This document shows, piece after piece, positions 16,701 through 30,408 of a stretch of DNA of 64,000 nt (positions are counted from its first letter, which is position 1; each line of letters opens with the position of its first letter). Made by a program: the position numbers and the translations under genes. Below the pieces are notes generated by a model. That model was given only the letters and a program-made list of their open reading frames with translations, searched no databases and was not told the DNA's origin. Source of the stretch: Chromera velia (Eukaryota); the NCBI GenBank assembly GCA_018398765.1, contig JAHBMJ010000068.1:1-64000 (forward strand), given 5' to 3'.

Positions 16701-18490
16701 CCAAAGTTGGAGCTCGACTAGCCAGTTTCTTTTTCCGTCTCTGGCGGGAGCTGCAAGGGGTGTCTCTTCCTCTTCAGCCTCATCGTCGTCTTCTTCTTGT
16801 GGGGTTTCCTTGACAGGAAGAATCGCGCACAGAGCGTCAGTCAGTGAGTCAGAGAAACGAAATTACTTTGAATGACAACGATCGAAGAGATTCGCAAAAT
16901 CGGTCTTTCTTTCCCTATCCCGCTTCTCTATGAAGCGTGCGCGCGACGCGGGATTCATCTCGCTGTGGAGGTGTTTTCGTCGTTTTGTCGTCTCTCTCTG
17001 TGACGGCTTGAGAGAAGGAAAGAAGACATCGCGCCATCAGAGACGAACTGAAACAGAAAAATCTAAATGAGCGTGAGAAAATGTAGAGGAAGGGTGGCGG
17101 GACATAGATGCAGGGCGATGATGACGTTGTTTCTGGATTTCTCCTTCCTTGAAAATGCTCGGCTGCCTGGCAATCCGCAGTTCCACTTTGTTGCTGCCGC
17201 ACTCTTCTGCTCTAAGGAATGTCATTCTAGCCATACTTACCAGAATGTGAGGGTTGGATGCGAGACGTCTTCTGTCATTCATGAGATTGCCTGCAGAGCA
17301 ACGCTCGGATTCGACTCTTACCGCGTTCCCTCTATCCGGCTTGACCTCATGCTCCCCTTTGGAGAGGACGCAGAAAGAAGGGGATCCAAGCTGCTCGAAT
17401 GCGCACGGGCAGCCGCTACGGAGACGGCAATGGGACCTCGGTCGGTCTTCGCATGGTCATTCTCAACTCCACCGCTCTGTTTTTCTTTCGTGTGTGTCTG
17501 GATGAAATTGGTCGGGTGTCAATTTTTCTGTCTTCCTTCCTGTGTGCCTGCCTGCCTGCCTCTCTTCAAGTGTTTCCTTTCCCTGCGGCTCTCCCTCCGC
17601 ATTTCTGCTTCCGTGCATTCAAATGAGAAAATTGTATCGGAAACGCAATTTCATGTCATACTGATTTTCTTTCTTTCTTTCTTTGCATCTCTCTTTCTTG
17701 CTTGCTTGCTTCCTTACTTTCTGCCTTCCTGCCTGCCTGCTCCTTTCTCTATTCATCTACCAGTATGTCTGTCTGTTCGCGAAAAGGAGAGCATTTCGTC
17801 TGTCTGTTCCTGTTCCTTCATGCAGGAAGCCGTCGTTATTTTCGGGAACTTTAGGGTCGGCAGGGAGGGCAGCAGCGGCGTCGGGGGGATCGATTCACAG
17901 TCACGCGAGGGGGGCACGGGCGCGCCTTGCCACGGCGCTGTCGAAGCCCGGCATCGGTGCATGCGAGCTGCTTTTCGAGGATGATAAGCATGGCGTGGGG
18001 GGGCAGAGACAGGGAAGGCAGGGGGAAGGTGACGGAGGGACGGCTGGCGCGGCGGGGCTTTATGCGCTTTGCCAAGCAGGGGACGAGGATGGAGTTCGAC
18101 AGTGGGTGAGTCTTCTGGCGGCGCGAGTTGGGTGGGGCCGTGCGGGGGCGGCGCTGGCTGAGCTCCGAGGGAGGGGCGGGAGGACGGTGCTGCATGCACT
18201 TTGTGACACGGTACGTTGAACAGACAGCAAGGGGCGGTTAATTGTGCTGCATGGCCTGATACTCATACTAAGTGATAGGGCACTTTGCGGATGAGGTCAC
18301 AAACATTCAGAGCTGACAAATTTCTCGATCTCCTTCAGAAAACTGTGCAAACAGGCAAGCAGAAGGAGAGGCAGGCAGGCAGGTATGGTCTGCTCGGGCA
18401 CGAGGCGTCCTTCCCGCTCCCTTCCCCCCCACTTACCTTTTGTACCCCTGACATTCCAGCTTGATACAACACACACACACACCACACACA

Positions 18491-18530
<40 letters not shown>

Positions 18531-20307
18531 GACAGCGACACGCAGGCACAGAGATTCACATACGCAGAGACAGAGAAAGACTCAAAACGAAAGCGGGGAG
18601 GTGAAAAGCGGCGAAAAGAAAGCGTTTAGGGTCAGCTGGGGCAGATCAAGAACAAGCCGCTCACACAAGACCGAGCCACATGGACCTACCTTCTACATTC
18701 CTTTCTCGACGATACTCTGTCGGTCTGAGCCCTTGGGAAAAGCAGTTTCGGGCGCATGGAGAAAGGGGATGTGGAACTGCGTGCCTTCCCCCCTCTCTTT
18801 CATCCTTCATTCCTTCCTTCCTTCCTTGTTTGATTCCTGCAGACGTCCGAAGAGAGAGACAGCAAAGGTGCGGCAGGCTCCTTGTGGTCCTCGAGGGGAC
18901 GGCCTCAGCATGAGCGTCTGAGGGGAAGGGGCGGAAGCGGAAAGGGAAGACATGGAAGCGGGTTCACGCTCGCGAGTAGCGCTTCGGGCCTGTCTGATTC
19001 TGGCTCAGCGTCTTGCGGGGAGGGGGCGGCGGCGCAGTCTGGTGGCCCCGTGTGGGGTCGTTTGAACACTTTGAGTTTCCTCTTTCAAACGTGCGGCGGC
19101 GCACTTCGGGGTCTCGTGAACCATGGCGATGGGGCGGGGAGGACCCCGCTCCATTGGGCCTGCAACATGAGTGAGTGAGTGAGTCGGTGCATGCACAAGA
19201 TGGTGATTGTCTTGTCTGTCTCATTCCTTCAGTGTTTCTCTCTCTGCACGGATCCCTCAAAGTTGATGTACCGGAATCCGCACTTCATCAGAAGTAGAGA
19301 CACACTCACATGGTTTTGTGCCTTAGAATATTTCCCGAAGCACACTTTCACAGAGTACCTCTCACAAAACAACGGGGGGGGCATCTTTGACAATTAACGA
19401 ATAACTGTGCAAACAACTCATCTCTTTCTCCTGCATGAGGGAATGCAGCGCCGCCTCGAGCCGGCCAACACGGAATGGTGGCCGTGTTGCTGACACAGGG
19501 AGCAGACCCGAATCGGGCAGAGCGGACCAGTGGATGGACGCCTACTCACTTTGCCGTGTACACCAAGGCCATGGGCCCACTCCTCGAACTCCTCTGTAAC
19601 CCCGCCACGGCAGTGGAGGCATCTGATGCTGCTGACTGGCCGCTCGTCTTTCTGGCCGCTCAGAAGTTGAACCGAAAGGGGCTCGCTTTGCTGGTGAGGA
19701 CCGGTACTAGCCGTCTCTTTACGAGCCCTCTCTGTCATTTTTTCTCTCTCAGACAAGACCACTGATCATCTTTGGACTGGACCTTGTTCATTTGGTGTTT
19801 TGTTGCCTCCGATTGGTTTCCATCACAGCCTTCATGACATCGGTCCCTGAGAGTGTCTCTCTCTGTCTGTCTGTCTGTCTGTGCAAAAAAGCCAGATAGA
19901 ACCCCGGAGCTGATAGGGAATTCAGTGCTGTGCTCGATCGATTGCGTTTCCTGCCTATCTTTTTTCTTTCCTCCCGATCGGCCTCATCCAACTTGGCACG
20001 CATCCTTCACTCTTCTTCATTCACGAAAGGGAACCTTTTGATGACTCCTCCCTCTGTGCCTGCAGGTCAACGGGGGGGCGGGTTTGAATTCGGTGACGTC
20101 CTCAGGGGAGGACCTCGCAGATGCCCTCGACCCCCTCTGCCTCTCCTCGGTACGTGTGTGTCCCTCTCTATCCCTCTCCCTCTCTCCCTCTCCCTCTCTC
20201 CCTCTCCCTCTCTTTCTTCTCTCTCTTCCTCTCTCTCTTCCTCTCTCTGTCTTTCTTGTCACTGTCTTTCTCTTTCTCTCTTTCTTTCTCTGTCTCTTTC
20301 TATCCCT

Positions 20308-20359
<52 letters not shown>

Positions 20360-20374
20360 TGTGCGTGTGTGTGC

Positions 20375-20411
<37 letters not shown>

Positions 20412-20423
20412 CGAGCGTGCGTG

Positions 20424-20454
<31 letters not shown>

Positions 20455-22286
20455 ATTCCTCCTGTCTTGTTTCGGGTCGTTCAAGTGCGTGTGCATAAGA
20501 GAAATCAACAGAGAGTTATCTCCTTTTTGGGTGCATAGAGTCTCTTTGTTAACCGTTGTGAAAGCTCTGTGTCCAAAAACGTCGGGGGGTGTTCTTTTCT
20601 TCTCTTCTCTACTCTTCTCTTCTCTCTCCCGTGTGCAGCACGAAAGGGAACGAGAGGAGCGTCTGTGGCTGTGTAGAGCCGTGGTTGCCAACGGGTTTGA
20701 ATTCGGGCACTCTTCCCTTGTGCGTCCGAGGCGGGGAGGAAGGGCGGGGGGCAGTGGGGGAGGAGAACTCGTGGATCCTCAAACCCTTGCTCTGGTCAGT
20801 CAGTCAGTCAGGCAGGTCTCTGTCTATCTACGGGTGGTGTTGCGTTAGGTGGTGTTTGCGGCATTTGACTGGAACCTCCGGATTTATGCTTCTTCCGCCC
20901 ATCTCTTGAATAACAAAAAAAGGCGCCAAAAGGACCAGAAGAAAATCTTTTTTGGCATTCGACTGCTTCGTCAGGGGCACACCAAGTACGAACATGCTCT
21001 CGATTCCTCCATTCCCCCCTCCCCCCTCTCGCTCTTGTCCTCTACCTAGAATGTCGGAGAACCAGACTTTCTTCCCCTACGTCTTCTTGCTTGCCCTTCA
21101 AATGCTTGATGGTACATGAATTTTCTTCATGACTGCAGCTTGACGCAGACAGATCTCGATTTCTACGCCGCGCTCACGGAGTGCAGATGCCCCCCTTTGT
21201 CCTCCCGGAGTCTCTCACCTCCAGATGTGACGGCTGTGGCGTTTCTTTCGGGTCCCTCGGGTGGCGCCACTCGTGCCGATCGTGTGGGTGCGCTCTGTGC
21301 GGCAGCTGCACGCGTCTGGTCACGCCGAGACGGCCGTTGTTGGATCTGCAACTCCGGCAAGTTCGGAAGAGAGTGGCGATCGATAACAGCAGGGGCAGGC
21401 AGAGTGCTGCAGCATTTGTGTCAGAAAGCAAGATCGGGGAAGCTCCGGGACAGTTGACGGGTAAAGGGACGTGTCGACTCACTGGTCCTCCGGGCGCTCT
21501 GAAAGGAGCCGGATCGAACCCGGGGGGGGGGGCGCCGTCTTCATCCTCCTCTGGAGGACCCCGCACTGCTTCTACTGCCGCTAGCCGGTCGGGTACTCTG
21601 ACAGGCAGCGCAGTTCTCGGCTATTCGTCAGTGTTGGCGGTCTCAGGGCCTTCCGCCTCCTCTGGTGGTGTCTCGGAGTCTCAAAGTAGACATGGGCAAG
21701 AACGCAGAGGAGGCATGAAGACTCCTGGGAGGGACACGAGTTCCCAGGGGATTGAGGGCACGAAATTGGGTGACAAGAGAGAGGGACACACTCAGGGGCC
21801 GACGTCTTCAGGTGGAGCCCCGGGTCGCGAGGGCCCTGGAAGAGGAGAGTGAGTCAGACAGAAAGAAGGGGAAAGAAAGCAAGAAACAAAGAAGGAAGGA
21901 GAACAAGCAAAAATGAATGCATTCACGGATATCTGACCGGACATTCATCCTGTCGCATCGTTCAGAACGGTGTTGTGTTCCTGCAGTTGTTGCGCTTTTG
22001 ACATGCAAGGAAGGACTTTCACTTTCCATTTCAGAGACTGGGCTTCAGTTGAGGACTGCCTTTCTTTCCGTTGTTCTCTTTGAAACCCCCTGTGGTGTTT
22101 CTCTCCAGTCTGTCTGACTGTCTGTCTCTCAAGTCTGAGTCGGAAGAGAAAGAATGAGTGCCTACTGATGAGTTTCCGCGAGTGTGTGCGTGTCCTCGGA
22201 CGTTTGTCCTCTGAATGCATGAGTGCATGTGTGTATGCAATTCTCATATGATGAGTCTCGATGGATGGATGGATGGATGGATGGAC

Positions 22287-22320
<34 letters not shown>

Positions 22321-25300
22321 ATGGACGGATGGATGGATGCATGGATGGATGGATGGATGCATGGATGGATGGACGGATGGATGGATGGATGGATCCATGC
22401 AGGCCCCTGCTGTCCACACCCGCGCGTGCCCCGAGACTTCAACCACCCACTGCACCGCATCTCTCCCCGGATGTCGCGGAGAGTCCCTGCGAGGATTTAG
22501 ACGGTCCAGAGGGCCTTGAAACGGGGGGAGGGAGGAGCTTTTTTGGGTTTGGGGGTGGAGGTAGGACACGGGGGGTGTCAATGAGCAGTGGTAGGCGGGG
22601 GGTGAGGGTGCATGGAGGAGACGAGGACGTTGTGGGCGGTGCAGATGAAGAAGAAGAGGAAGACGCAATGATGCTCTGTTCCTCTTTCGTTCAACCAGAC
22701 TCTTCTGCGTCTGCATCAAGAGCCGTGGTCCCTGCAGGAGGACGTGCTTCATCGTCTTCTGCGCCCCCAAGGGGTGCAGCACGTGCGAGTGTTGGCATGT
22801 GGGCGTCAACCAGTTCTGCGGTATGGGGCGGGCAGAGTGAAGAGGGAGGGGAGTCAGTCGGGTGTCCTGATGAGAATCGGGGGGATAGTGATGACGGAGA
22901 AGAGCCTCTCCCAGTACTCAAGGAAAAGCTGTTCCCCTTTTCGCCCCTTGGGCGTTCCACTTTTCCGTCTTCTCTGTCCCCTGGAGCACGACAGCAGGTT
23001 GGTGCAACCCCATCGGGAAAGAGGGGGACGGCGCGTTTGAACGTTCCCACTCAGTCAGGAGGGAAGCAGGGAGAAAACGCGGGGCAGCGGGAGAGAGGCC
23101 AAAGCGCACCCCCCTTCGGTCTGGTTCCGTTCTTGCCTCTGCCACTCCGAACAGCCCATGTGAATAGTTCCTCTTCCGTAGACCCTCAGACAGAGACGCA
23201 GGCTGGTGTTGGCAGGGGATTCGAATGGGAGGAGCCGGAGGCGTACACCGGGAGGGAGGCAGAGAGGCCGCCCCCCTGTTCGTTGAATGCATCTCTGATG
23301 AAGCCTTCGAGTCGGACTGTACCACTTAGCTCTGCCCTTGCAACTTCCAGAGCTGTTTCAGCTGGGGGAGGAAAGAGTGGAGGTCCTCAGCGCTTCGCGT
23401 CCTCAAAGTGTGTCAAAGAAGAGACGAAAGAGGAGTACTCAAAGATGAGCGCCGAGGCCGATCAGGAAGGGACCACCGCGGGTGGAGGGGGGGGATGGCT
23501 GGGGGGGAGGCGTCTGCGTCTTTCCGCCCCCCTGGCGACTGTCTTTCGTTCTCCGGTTGGAAGAGGCCGGGGGGTGATGGGGGGGAAGGGGTTGAGAGAG
23601 CACAGGGGCCGAGCAGGAACTTCAGCTTCGAGTCTCTCCCCGAATGCCCCCGTGCAGCACCCCGGACATTCGAGATCACCCCTGCCTCCCCCTTCTCCCT
23701 TTGATGCCCTGTCACCATCTCCAGAACGTCCAGTGGCCAAACACGGCGGGGCCACGAAGGTCGGGCGGTCCGCTCGGGTGCAGTCTCTTCTTCATGTCCC
23801 TAGCATACGTTGAGGTTGATGCGCTATTGTTTGCGTTCTCGTGTACTCAGACTTGTCGGTCGAGAATTTTCGAAAGCACTTTTTCTGTCTTTGTGCTTTC
23901 CTGGTGTGTTTGTGTCCGGTGTGTTCAAAGCACAGAGGTCTCCATGCAAGCTCCCGATGACATTCATCATCGTGACTCCCGTTGTATTGGGTGCCTAGCA
24001 TTCCTCCTGTAGCGTTGTCTGTTCCTTGGGTTCTCTTTTCCACGCACAAACAGATACAGGTATCCGTACATACACATACAGACATGCACACAGGCATTTA
24101 TAGAAATGTAGAAGCGGTCGCAAAGGCTTTTTCAATCCAGGAGAGAATCACTGTGTGCGTGCAGGATTTCTCTGGAGAATGGGTGAGGGGAGTGGCTGGG
24201 CCCCGTGGTTGTCGCAGAGGTACGCGGGATATGTGTTCTTTCTGTTTGTTTTGTTTAATTGGGGAGGGAGGGAGTGGAATGGTGAAGAATGGGTGCATAA
24301 ATGGTGAGAAGAGGCCATAAGTGAAAAGTGACAAGTGTGGTTTATCCGTGTTGGGTGTCAGAAATGTGGTATTGAAACGTAGTCTGCCCCCGTGTGAAAA
24401 TTCCTGGTACATCTGCTGCAGAAAGCACTTGCCTGACCGGCAAAATTAATGAACTTGTGTGCGGGCCTGATTGACTGCAGAAGGCGCCTCTCAAGAAGAT
24501 CCTACTTTCGCGTTTCCAGACCTGAATGACAGCAGCAGCAGCAGTTGCAGGAAGGTGGAGGGAGTAGCAGCCACCTCTCCAAGAAGAGGGGTGAGGCGGC
24601 ACCAGACACAAACCTATGAAGAGGGTCGACGAGTTGCAGAGATGAATGAGAGAGACAAAAACGACAAACCGATTTTTGGGACGGCTGTCCGAAGAGTACG
24701 GCGCTCCCTCTCCTTGTCGCTTCCCCTTGTGCGGTTCCACCGTCACGCACCGAAGCTGACTGACCCCACAGCTGAGACAGCAGGAGAAAAGGTTGATGTG
24801 CCGCGGCAGGGCGACACATTGGCGGTGAAGACTTCGTTGGAGAAGTCAAGAGGAGGGCAACGGGGAGGGCAGCACCGCAACTCGAGGAGCAGGAGACACA
24901 CACCCCAAAGAGGTGCTCGTTCAAGGAAGCCGTCTTCCTCGGCGTCTGCCCGTGCTTTGTCAAAGGAAGCTACCGTCAGACAGAGACAACGTCGTCACGT
25001 GAATCCATTCGGGTCCCTTCTGGGAAAACTTCGGAGACGGTGGAAAGGGAAAGGGAGAGCCCCAGCAAGCTGCGTTGTTGGGGAAATGGAAAAAGGGGCC
25101 GGGGGGGGAGAGGGAGGCTGCAGCCAGAGAGAGAAAGAGATTGAGGGGCCTGGCGGCTCCCAAGAACTGTCTGGAGACAAAAAGAAAAAGAAATCCAGAG
25201 GTCCGTACGGCGATATGGTTGCTTCATCTTTATTTTCTTGTCATTGTACAATCCACTCAGAGTTGGTCGCAACCCCTCTGGGACTCACAGCAGTGACCGC

Positions 25301-27417
25301 ATGGAATTGAACGAAAAAGAAGGGAGGGAGGAAGGGAATGGAAAATCAATCAGGTCGCCTGGATGGACACTGTGTGGAGTGTTTGCCTTCTAAAAAGCGG
25401 AATGCGAATTACTGTTTGCCAAGAGAAATGCAGAGGCAAGAAGATGGTCGGCTACGCACAGAATACAACCATTCATGGAGAGAGAGAGTATTATTTCCTG
25501 AACATCTGCGTTGAATCGTACAGACTTTTGAAAAAAGTATTTCACGTTCTCCATTGCTTCCTATGCCCTGCTCTCTGCTCTGCGTGACGACAAATGAATG
25601 GAATCGGACGAGTGTGCCTGCAGAACTTTCTCCGAGTGTGTCTGCAGAACTTTCTATTAATGGCGGCGAGGCGGATCACTTTCTGTCTGGACCCATTCCT
25701 CCGCGAGGGGGGGACGGCAGGGGTGGTCTCAATGAGGAGGCGGGAGTCCTCTCTGCCCCCTGCAGCCCCGACAGTCAGGGAGAATGCCGGGAGTCATACG
25801 GAGGTGCAGGGACGGGGACAGGAGCTCCGAGACCGTCTGGCTTGGCTTCCTCGGACTGTTGGCAGGCAGCAACCTCGGGGGTGGGGGGGCTCTCCTCTTC
25901 GGGTGATGGAACGCTGGAGAGGTCCTCTGGGCGAATGGGGGGATTCGCAGGTATGGGAGTTGGGGGAGTCGTGGTACAGGGTTCAAGGACATTTCAGCCA
26001 CAGGAGGAGGAGACGGAGCGGACGTACACAAGCGGGAGTGGAGGGGGGAAGGCCATAGAGAGAGAAATTCAATGCTCGGGTGGGAGGGAGGGAGCGGTGT
26101 CGTCGTCATCCTCTGTGGAGGGTGACTTCGAGAAGGCAGTCTCCGAATTGATCGGTCAGTGTGTGGAGTGCTAGTTAGTTAGTCACTCTGTGGTTTTCTT
26201 TACAGGGTTTTCTCTGTTTTGGGGGGTCATTTTTGACTCTTCCAGCCCGACGGATATGTTTTCATTTGATGGCCTCTGTGTCTTAGTCTTCATTAATACC
26301 TCTGTAGTGAAAACAGTCCAGAAGAGAGGTGCCGGAGGAAAAAGATCATTTCGCCACTCTGTCTGTCTGTTTGACAGACTGCGGCTTGGAAGAAGATGAA
26401 GATCGAGCTCGAATAAGAACCTTCGCTCATTCATTCGGTCTGCGTGCAGGAATCATGCCTCCTTCCTCCGGTGAGGCCTCATCTACAGGTCGCTCTGGAT
26501 ATAAACAAGGCACTCATCTAACTCAACAGCAACAGCAGCAGTCATCCAAGATCAGTCTCTGCCCTTTTGATCCCTCCGCCGCTTCTCTCGGTTCTGTTCC
26601 TGCTGCCACGGCGGCCGAGTTGTTTCTCAAAAACAGCCCAGGCAGCAGTATAGAGGATGAAAACTTTCCGCAGACTGCAAAGGACAGGGGAAGAGAAAAG
26701 GGATGGAGGGGTCGTGAAGAAGCTGGACGCAGGAGCAGCACCAGCAGACACGACGACAGAGATCCAACGTCTTCCCCCCAACCATCGGCCTCCTCGCCCG
26801 TACCTCCGCAAGTCGGCCAGCTGCCCAAGGGACCAGATGCAGGTGTTGCGAGTGGGAGCAGATTTGCAGGAAGGGGTCCAGAAAGGGGGCAGGCTGCAAG
26901 TTCGTCCATCGTGCAGGGTGGACACGGACACCTGAGTCTTCCGCCCCGGCTAGCTGCCCTCGCAGCACCGCTCGACGGCGCCTCTGCGCGCAGGGTTTCC
27001 GACTGTTGGCGCGCCTTTGAGCAGATCAGAAGGGAGTCGCGGGACGACGGGCTCTTTGGGGGAAGGGGAGGTTGGAGAACGATGGCGCTGCGGGGAGGCA
27101 TGGACTCTGCGTCAGAGATGTGCGCGGTCAGTGAGTGAGTGAGTGAGTGAGTGAGTGAATGTTGGGAAGGGAGTGGTGTGTGTGTGTGTGTGTGTGTGTA
27201 GAAGTATGGGTGCAGGTGTTAGAGTGCGATCTGAACGTTTCTGCCGTCGCGTAATTTGTGCCTCTGCGTGCCTTTTGTAAGCATGCGCCTGCTCTGATCG
27301 CTCTTTTTTTAATGGCTTCTTTGTTTAATTGGATGAACGCAGGAGTGTGCGGAGTTCTACGGCAGCTCTCCAGATTCTGGAACCGGCTTGATCATGACAG
27401 GAGGCGGTCCTGTCTGA
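8676..27417 (+). CDS. Very large multi-exon protein: N-terminal leucine-rich repeats, two ankyrin-repeat clusters, C-terminal FYVE-type zinc finger; may be more than one gene
   Basis: LRR exons 8676-8819, 9291-9386 ([22 protein letters not shown]) and 9962-10119 ([12 protein letters not shown]...LLLSGNL). Ankyrin motifs SPLALA...LLIENGA, TPLYVAV, SALHKV...[41 protein letters not shown]...GWTPTHFA. Zn finger CDGC...[13 protein letters not shown] near 21220-21310. Last exon 27343-27417. Internal exon structure only partly resolved. Confidence 0.7.
10335..10690. repeat. Long (TG)n/(CG)n alternating purine-pyrimidine microsatellite in an intron
   Basis: Directly visible, ~350 bp. Confidence 0.95.
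22260..22395. repeat. (GGAT)n tetranucleotide microsatellite at an intron 3' end
   Basis: Directly visible, ends just before the CAG acceptor at ~22402. Confidence 0.95.
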
Positions 27418-30408
27418 GTTGTGGGGGGGGTGTTCCTTCTTCCGTTCTGTGCTCTTTCTTTCTCTCGCTCTGCCTCTCTGCCTTTCGCTTCAGAGCCTTC
27501 GAAGAAGCCTTTCCAGTTTTTCGGCTCTGTCCTTCTGAACACGAAGGTAGACAAAGGAAGAGACGAAAAACTGGACGGTGGAGAGGAGCATGGGACGGAA
27601 ACAAAGGCAATCAAAGTGGCGCGGGGCGGAAGAAGAAGAGAAATGAATCTTTTCTGCCAGAGCAAACGAGAGAAGGAAAAGGGTGGACACTTGATCTTCC
27701 CCTCCTTTTGTTCTTCTTCATGTCCCTTTGTCCTCCCTTCCTTCTGAGTTTCTTGTCCCCTGTGCCCCCTCTTGCTTGATCTCTTCTCCCCCTTCTCTTG
27801 CGAAAAAAGAATGAATGAATGAATGAATGAATGCCTACGACACAGAACTTTACTCCAATAATTCGATTCGCCGTGCAGTCTTTGACAGCGCATTCTATTT
27901 ATTTGTATCACACAGAAAGGTGAGAAGGAGGAGTGTTCTTCCCAACTAGCCCTGACTGGAATGTTGCGATCGGTCGATCAATCGATTCTTCGATATATGG
28001 AGGCTTTTGAAGAGGAAAAGGCGATCGGTCAGAGTCGCTGCAATTCATTTGTCGAACTGCTACCAGGGGTGAATTAACCTACAATGAATTGATGCGGGCC
28101 TGCACCGCCGGTCAGTTGATCGGTCGGCTGCATGGTTGCGTCGGTTGGAGGGAGGACAGTCAGTGACGGTTCGGTGCTGGCAGTTGCGGGTTCCGAGACT
28201 ATTTGTATTCGCAATTCGCTCAATTCGCAAAAGATTTCACGACGGTGCATGGTGCTAGAGGTCTAGCCAGAGGGGTGAATGCATTGGTCGATCAGCATGT
28301 TTGCCGATGGAATTGTCGTAGATTGTATTGCGCACACTCGACTCAATAGTATTATTTTTCACTAGATTTTTCGGTTATTTAAATCATTTAAAGATTTCAT
28401 GATTTTACTGTAACACAATTTATTTTAAAAGTCATTGATAAATGATCGAGTTATTATAAGGGACGGCGCACTAACAGACTTTCGCCACGGGGTGGCGAAG
28501 AAGGTCTGACCCCCCCTCCCCCCCCCTTTTCTTATTTAATTTCGCCGCGGTCCCGATTTACATGCCCTCCACCCAAAAAGAGTGTTTTTTGGGCTTTTCC
28601 CCGTCAGTCTGAACAAAATTGATTAGGGGGGAGGCTCGAGGTTCAACACTTTTTCACTACTTTTTCGGTATTAAAAATCACAGACAGGCTACCGGAAATC
28701 CGTTTCAAGTTTACAAACGAGGAAAGTGGTGACAATCTACTAGGACAGGGCTAGGATTGTCTTTTTATAGTGCTGTTTCTTCGTTGTATGCCATCTAGGA
28801 GCTTCACAAGTGACCGTATCAACCAGGACTCGGATATCAACATGGGCCTCAGTTCTGAACTGAGATTCGGAAAGGTCAGTCACAACTGAGGTTATAGTTA
28901 TCCGGCGACATCCATGCTCTACCACTGAAGCTTGCCACTTCATTATATTGGTGTCCAGTCAAAGAGCACACTTCTGAAGACGTCATCTTTTACAAACGCT
29001 TGCTGCTTGGCGGCTCGCTGCTCGTTTTTTGACATCGACCTTTCAGCAACGGTTCGGTCTCCACACGATCTCTATCACAAAACACACAAGAAGAGTGTCT
29101 ATCTATTTCCTTCTTGATACCTTTATGTACCAAAGTGTTTGTCTTTGTCCTCTCCAGGACTTCACTGGTGCAGACGGAACCGTAAGTATGCGGCGCGGGC
29201 CTGCCGTCTGAGCCTGCACCTGCTCTGACGCATCTCTGCCGGCTTAAGGAGACACAGAATTAAGCGTGTCTCCAGGTGAAAGTAATCTGTTTGAATCTGT
29301 TCATACCCCACTCGAACTTAAAGCGGAGAGCTGTCTGTCTTCAATAGACAACCACTGTGTGTACAAGAGAAACATTGTGCAAGTGTAAGAGAAGTTGACC
29401 GACAAGTTCTCCCAGGATGGAATTGCAAGCAGAACCAGCAGGGTTAACCCGGGCTGTGAGGAAGCGCCTCGGTTCTTGTTCATCAACTAAAACCTGGTTT
29501 AAAAGCTGTTAATAGCTATTAAACATTGAATAGGACGTTTTTCAAATCTGTTTTTCTTCCGTTAAAAACACGTGACACTGTACTAGAAAACAACCTAGAA
29601 ATAATAGAAAATATATTAGAAAACAACATTAAAATAGGTTGGAAACTTTATTTTTTATGGGATAAACGGCTAAATATTAAAACGGTATACCCTTTTAATT
29701 CAATCTGCCTTGCCTGTGCTCACTTCCCTGACACTACGGGGGGCATTGACTTAAAGTTTGTTCCTAGCGTCTGGCCTATACGTCTTTCATCTCTTCCTTC
29801 TGTCCTGATTACTGCTCTTGCTACTAGCTCTCTCTCTCATGCGACCTCATACTTGACGCTCCTCCATCTGAGTGCCTTCTTCGGCATTTGCTAAGTACTT
29901 CCTACCCCTCAGTCATAACCAGTGCACTGCCTACTCCTCCTTCCTCTCAGCCCTCCCCTTACACTCCTCTGGTCCCCCGAATACACGCGTTTACCGCTTT
30001 CAGGTGGGCAATCTACAGTCCCTGACACTACTGGCCACTTGAAACCAGAATGTTCAAGTTTGTCCGCATTTTCGGCATGGCTGATCCTAGGGCTCATCAA
30101 GTTCGTCGGAACTTCGTCCACGCCTTAGTACGACGCAGCTGATCAAGTTGTCCGCGCAAGTGGCTATAACAATATCTAGCGATTTTATAAATTTACTCTG
30201 AATTTAAGTATCAGAAACTAGATCAGAAACATGTTAGACACATTAATTTACTACTAAATTCACTTAAGTTCACCTATATTATATTAAACTAGAAATTCAG
30301 TGTCAGTGCATCTATATGTTGACTATCGTTAACTCAAACTTCATCTAGAACTTCATTTTACATATATGTTCCTAATCATTCTGAAGAAACGTAGATGTGC
30401 CTAAATTT

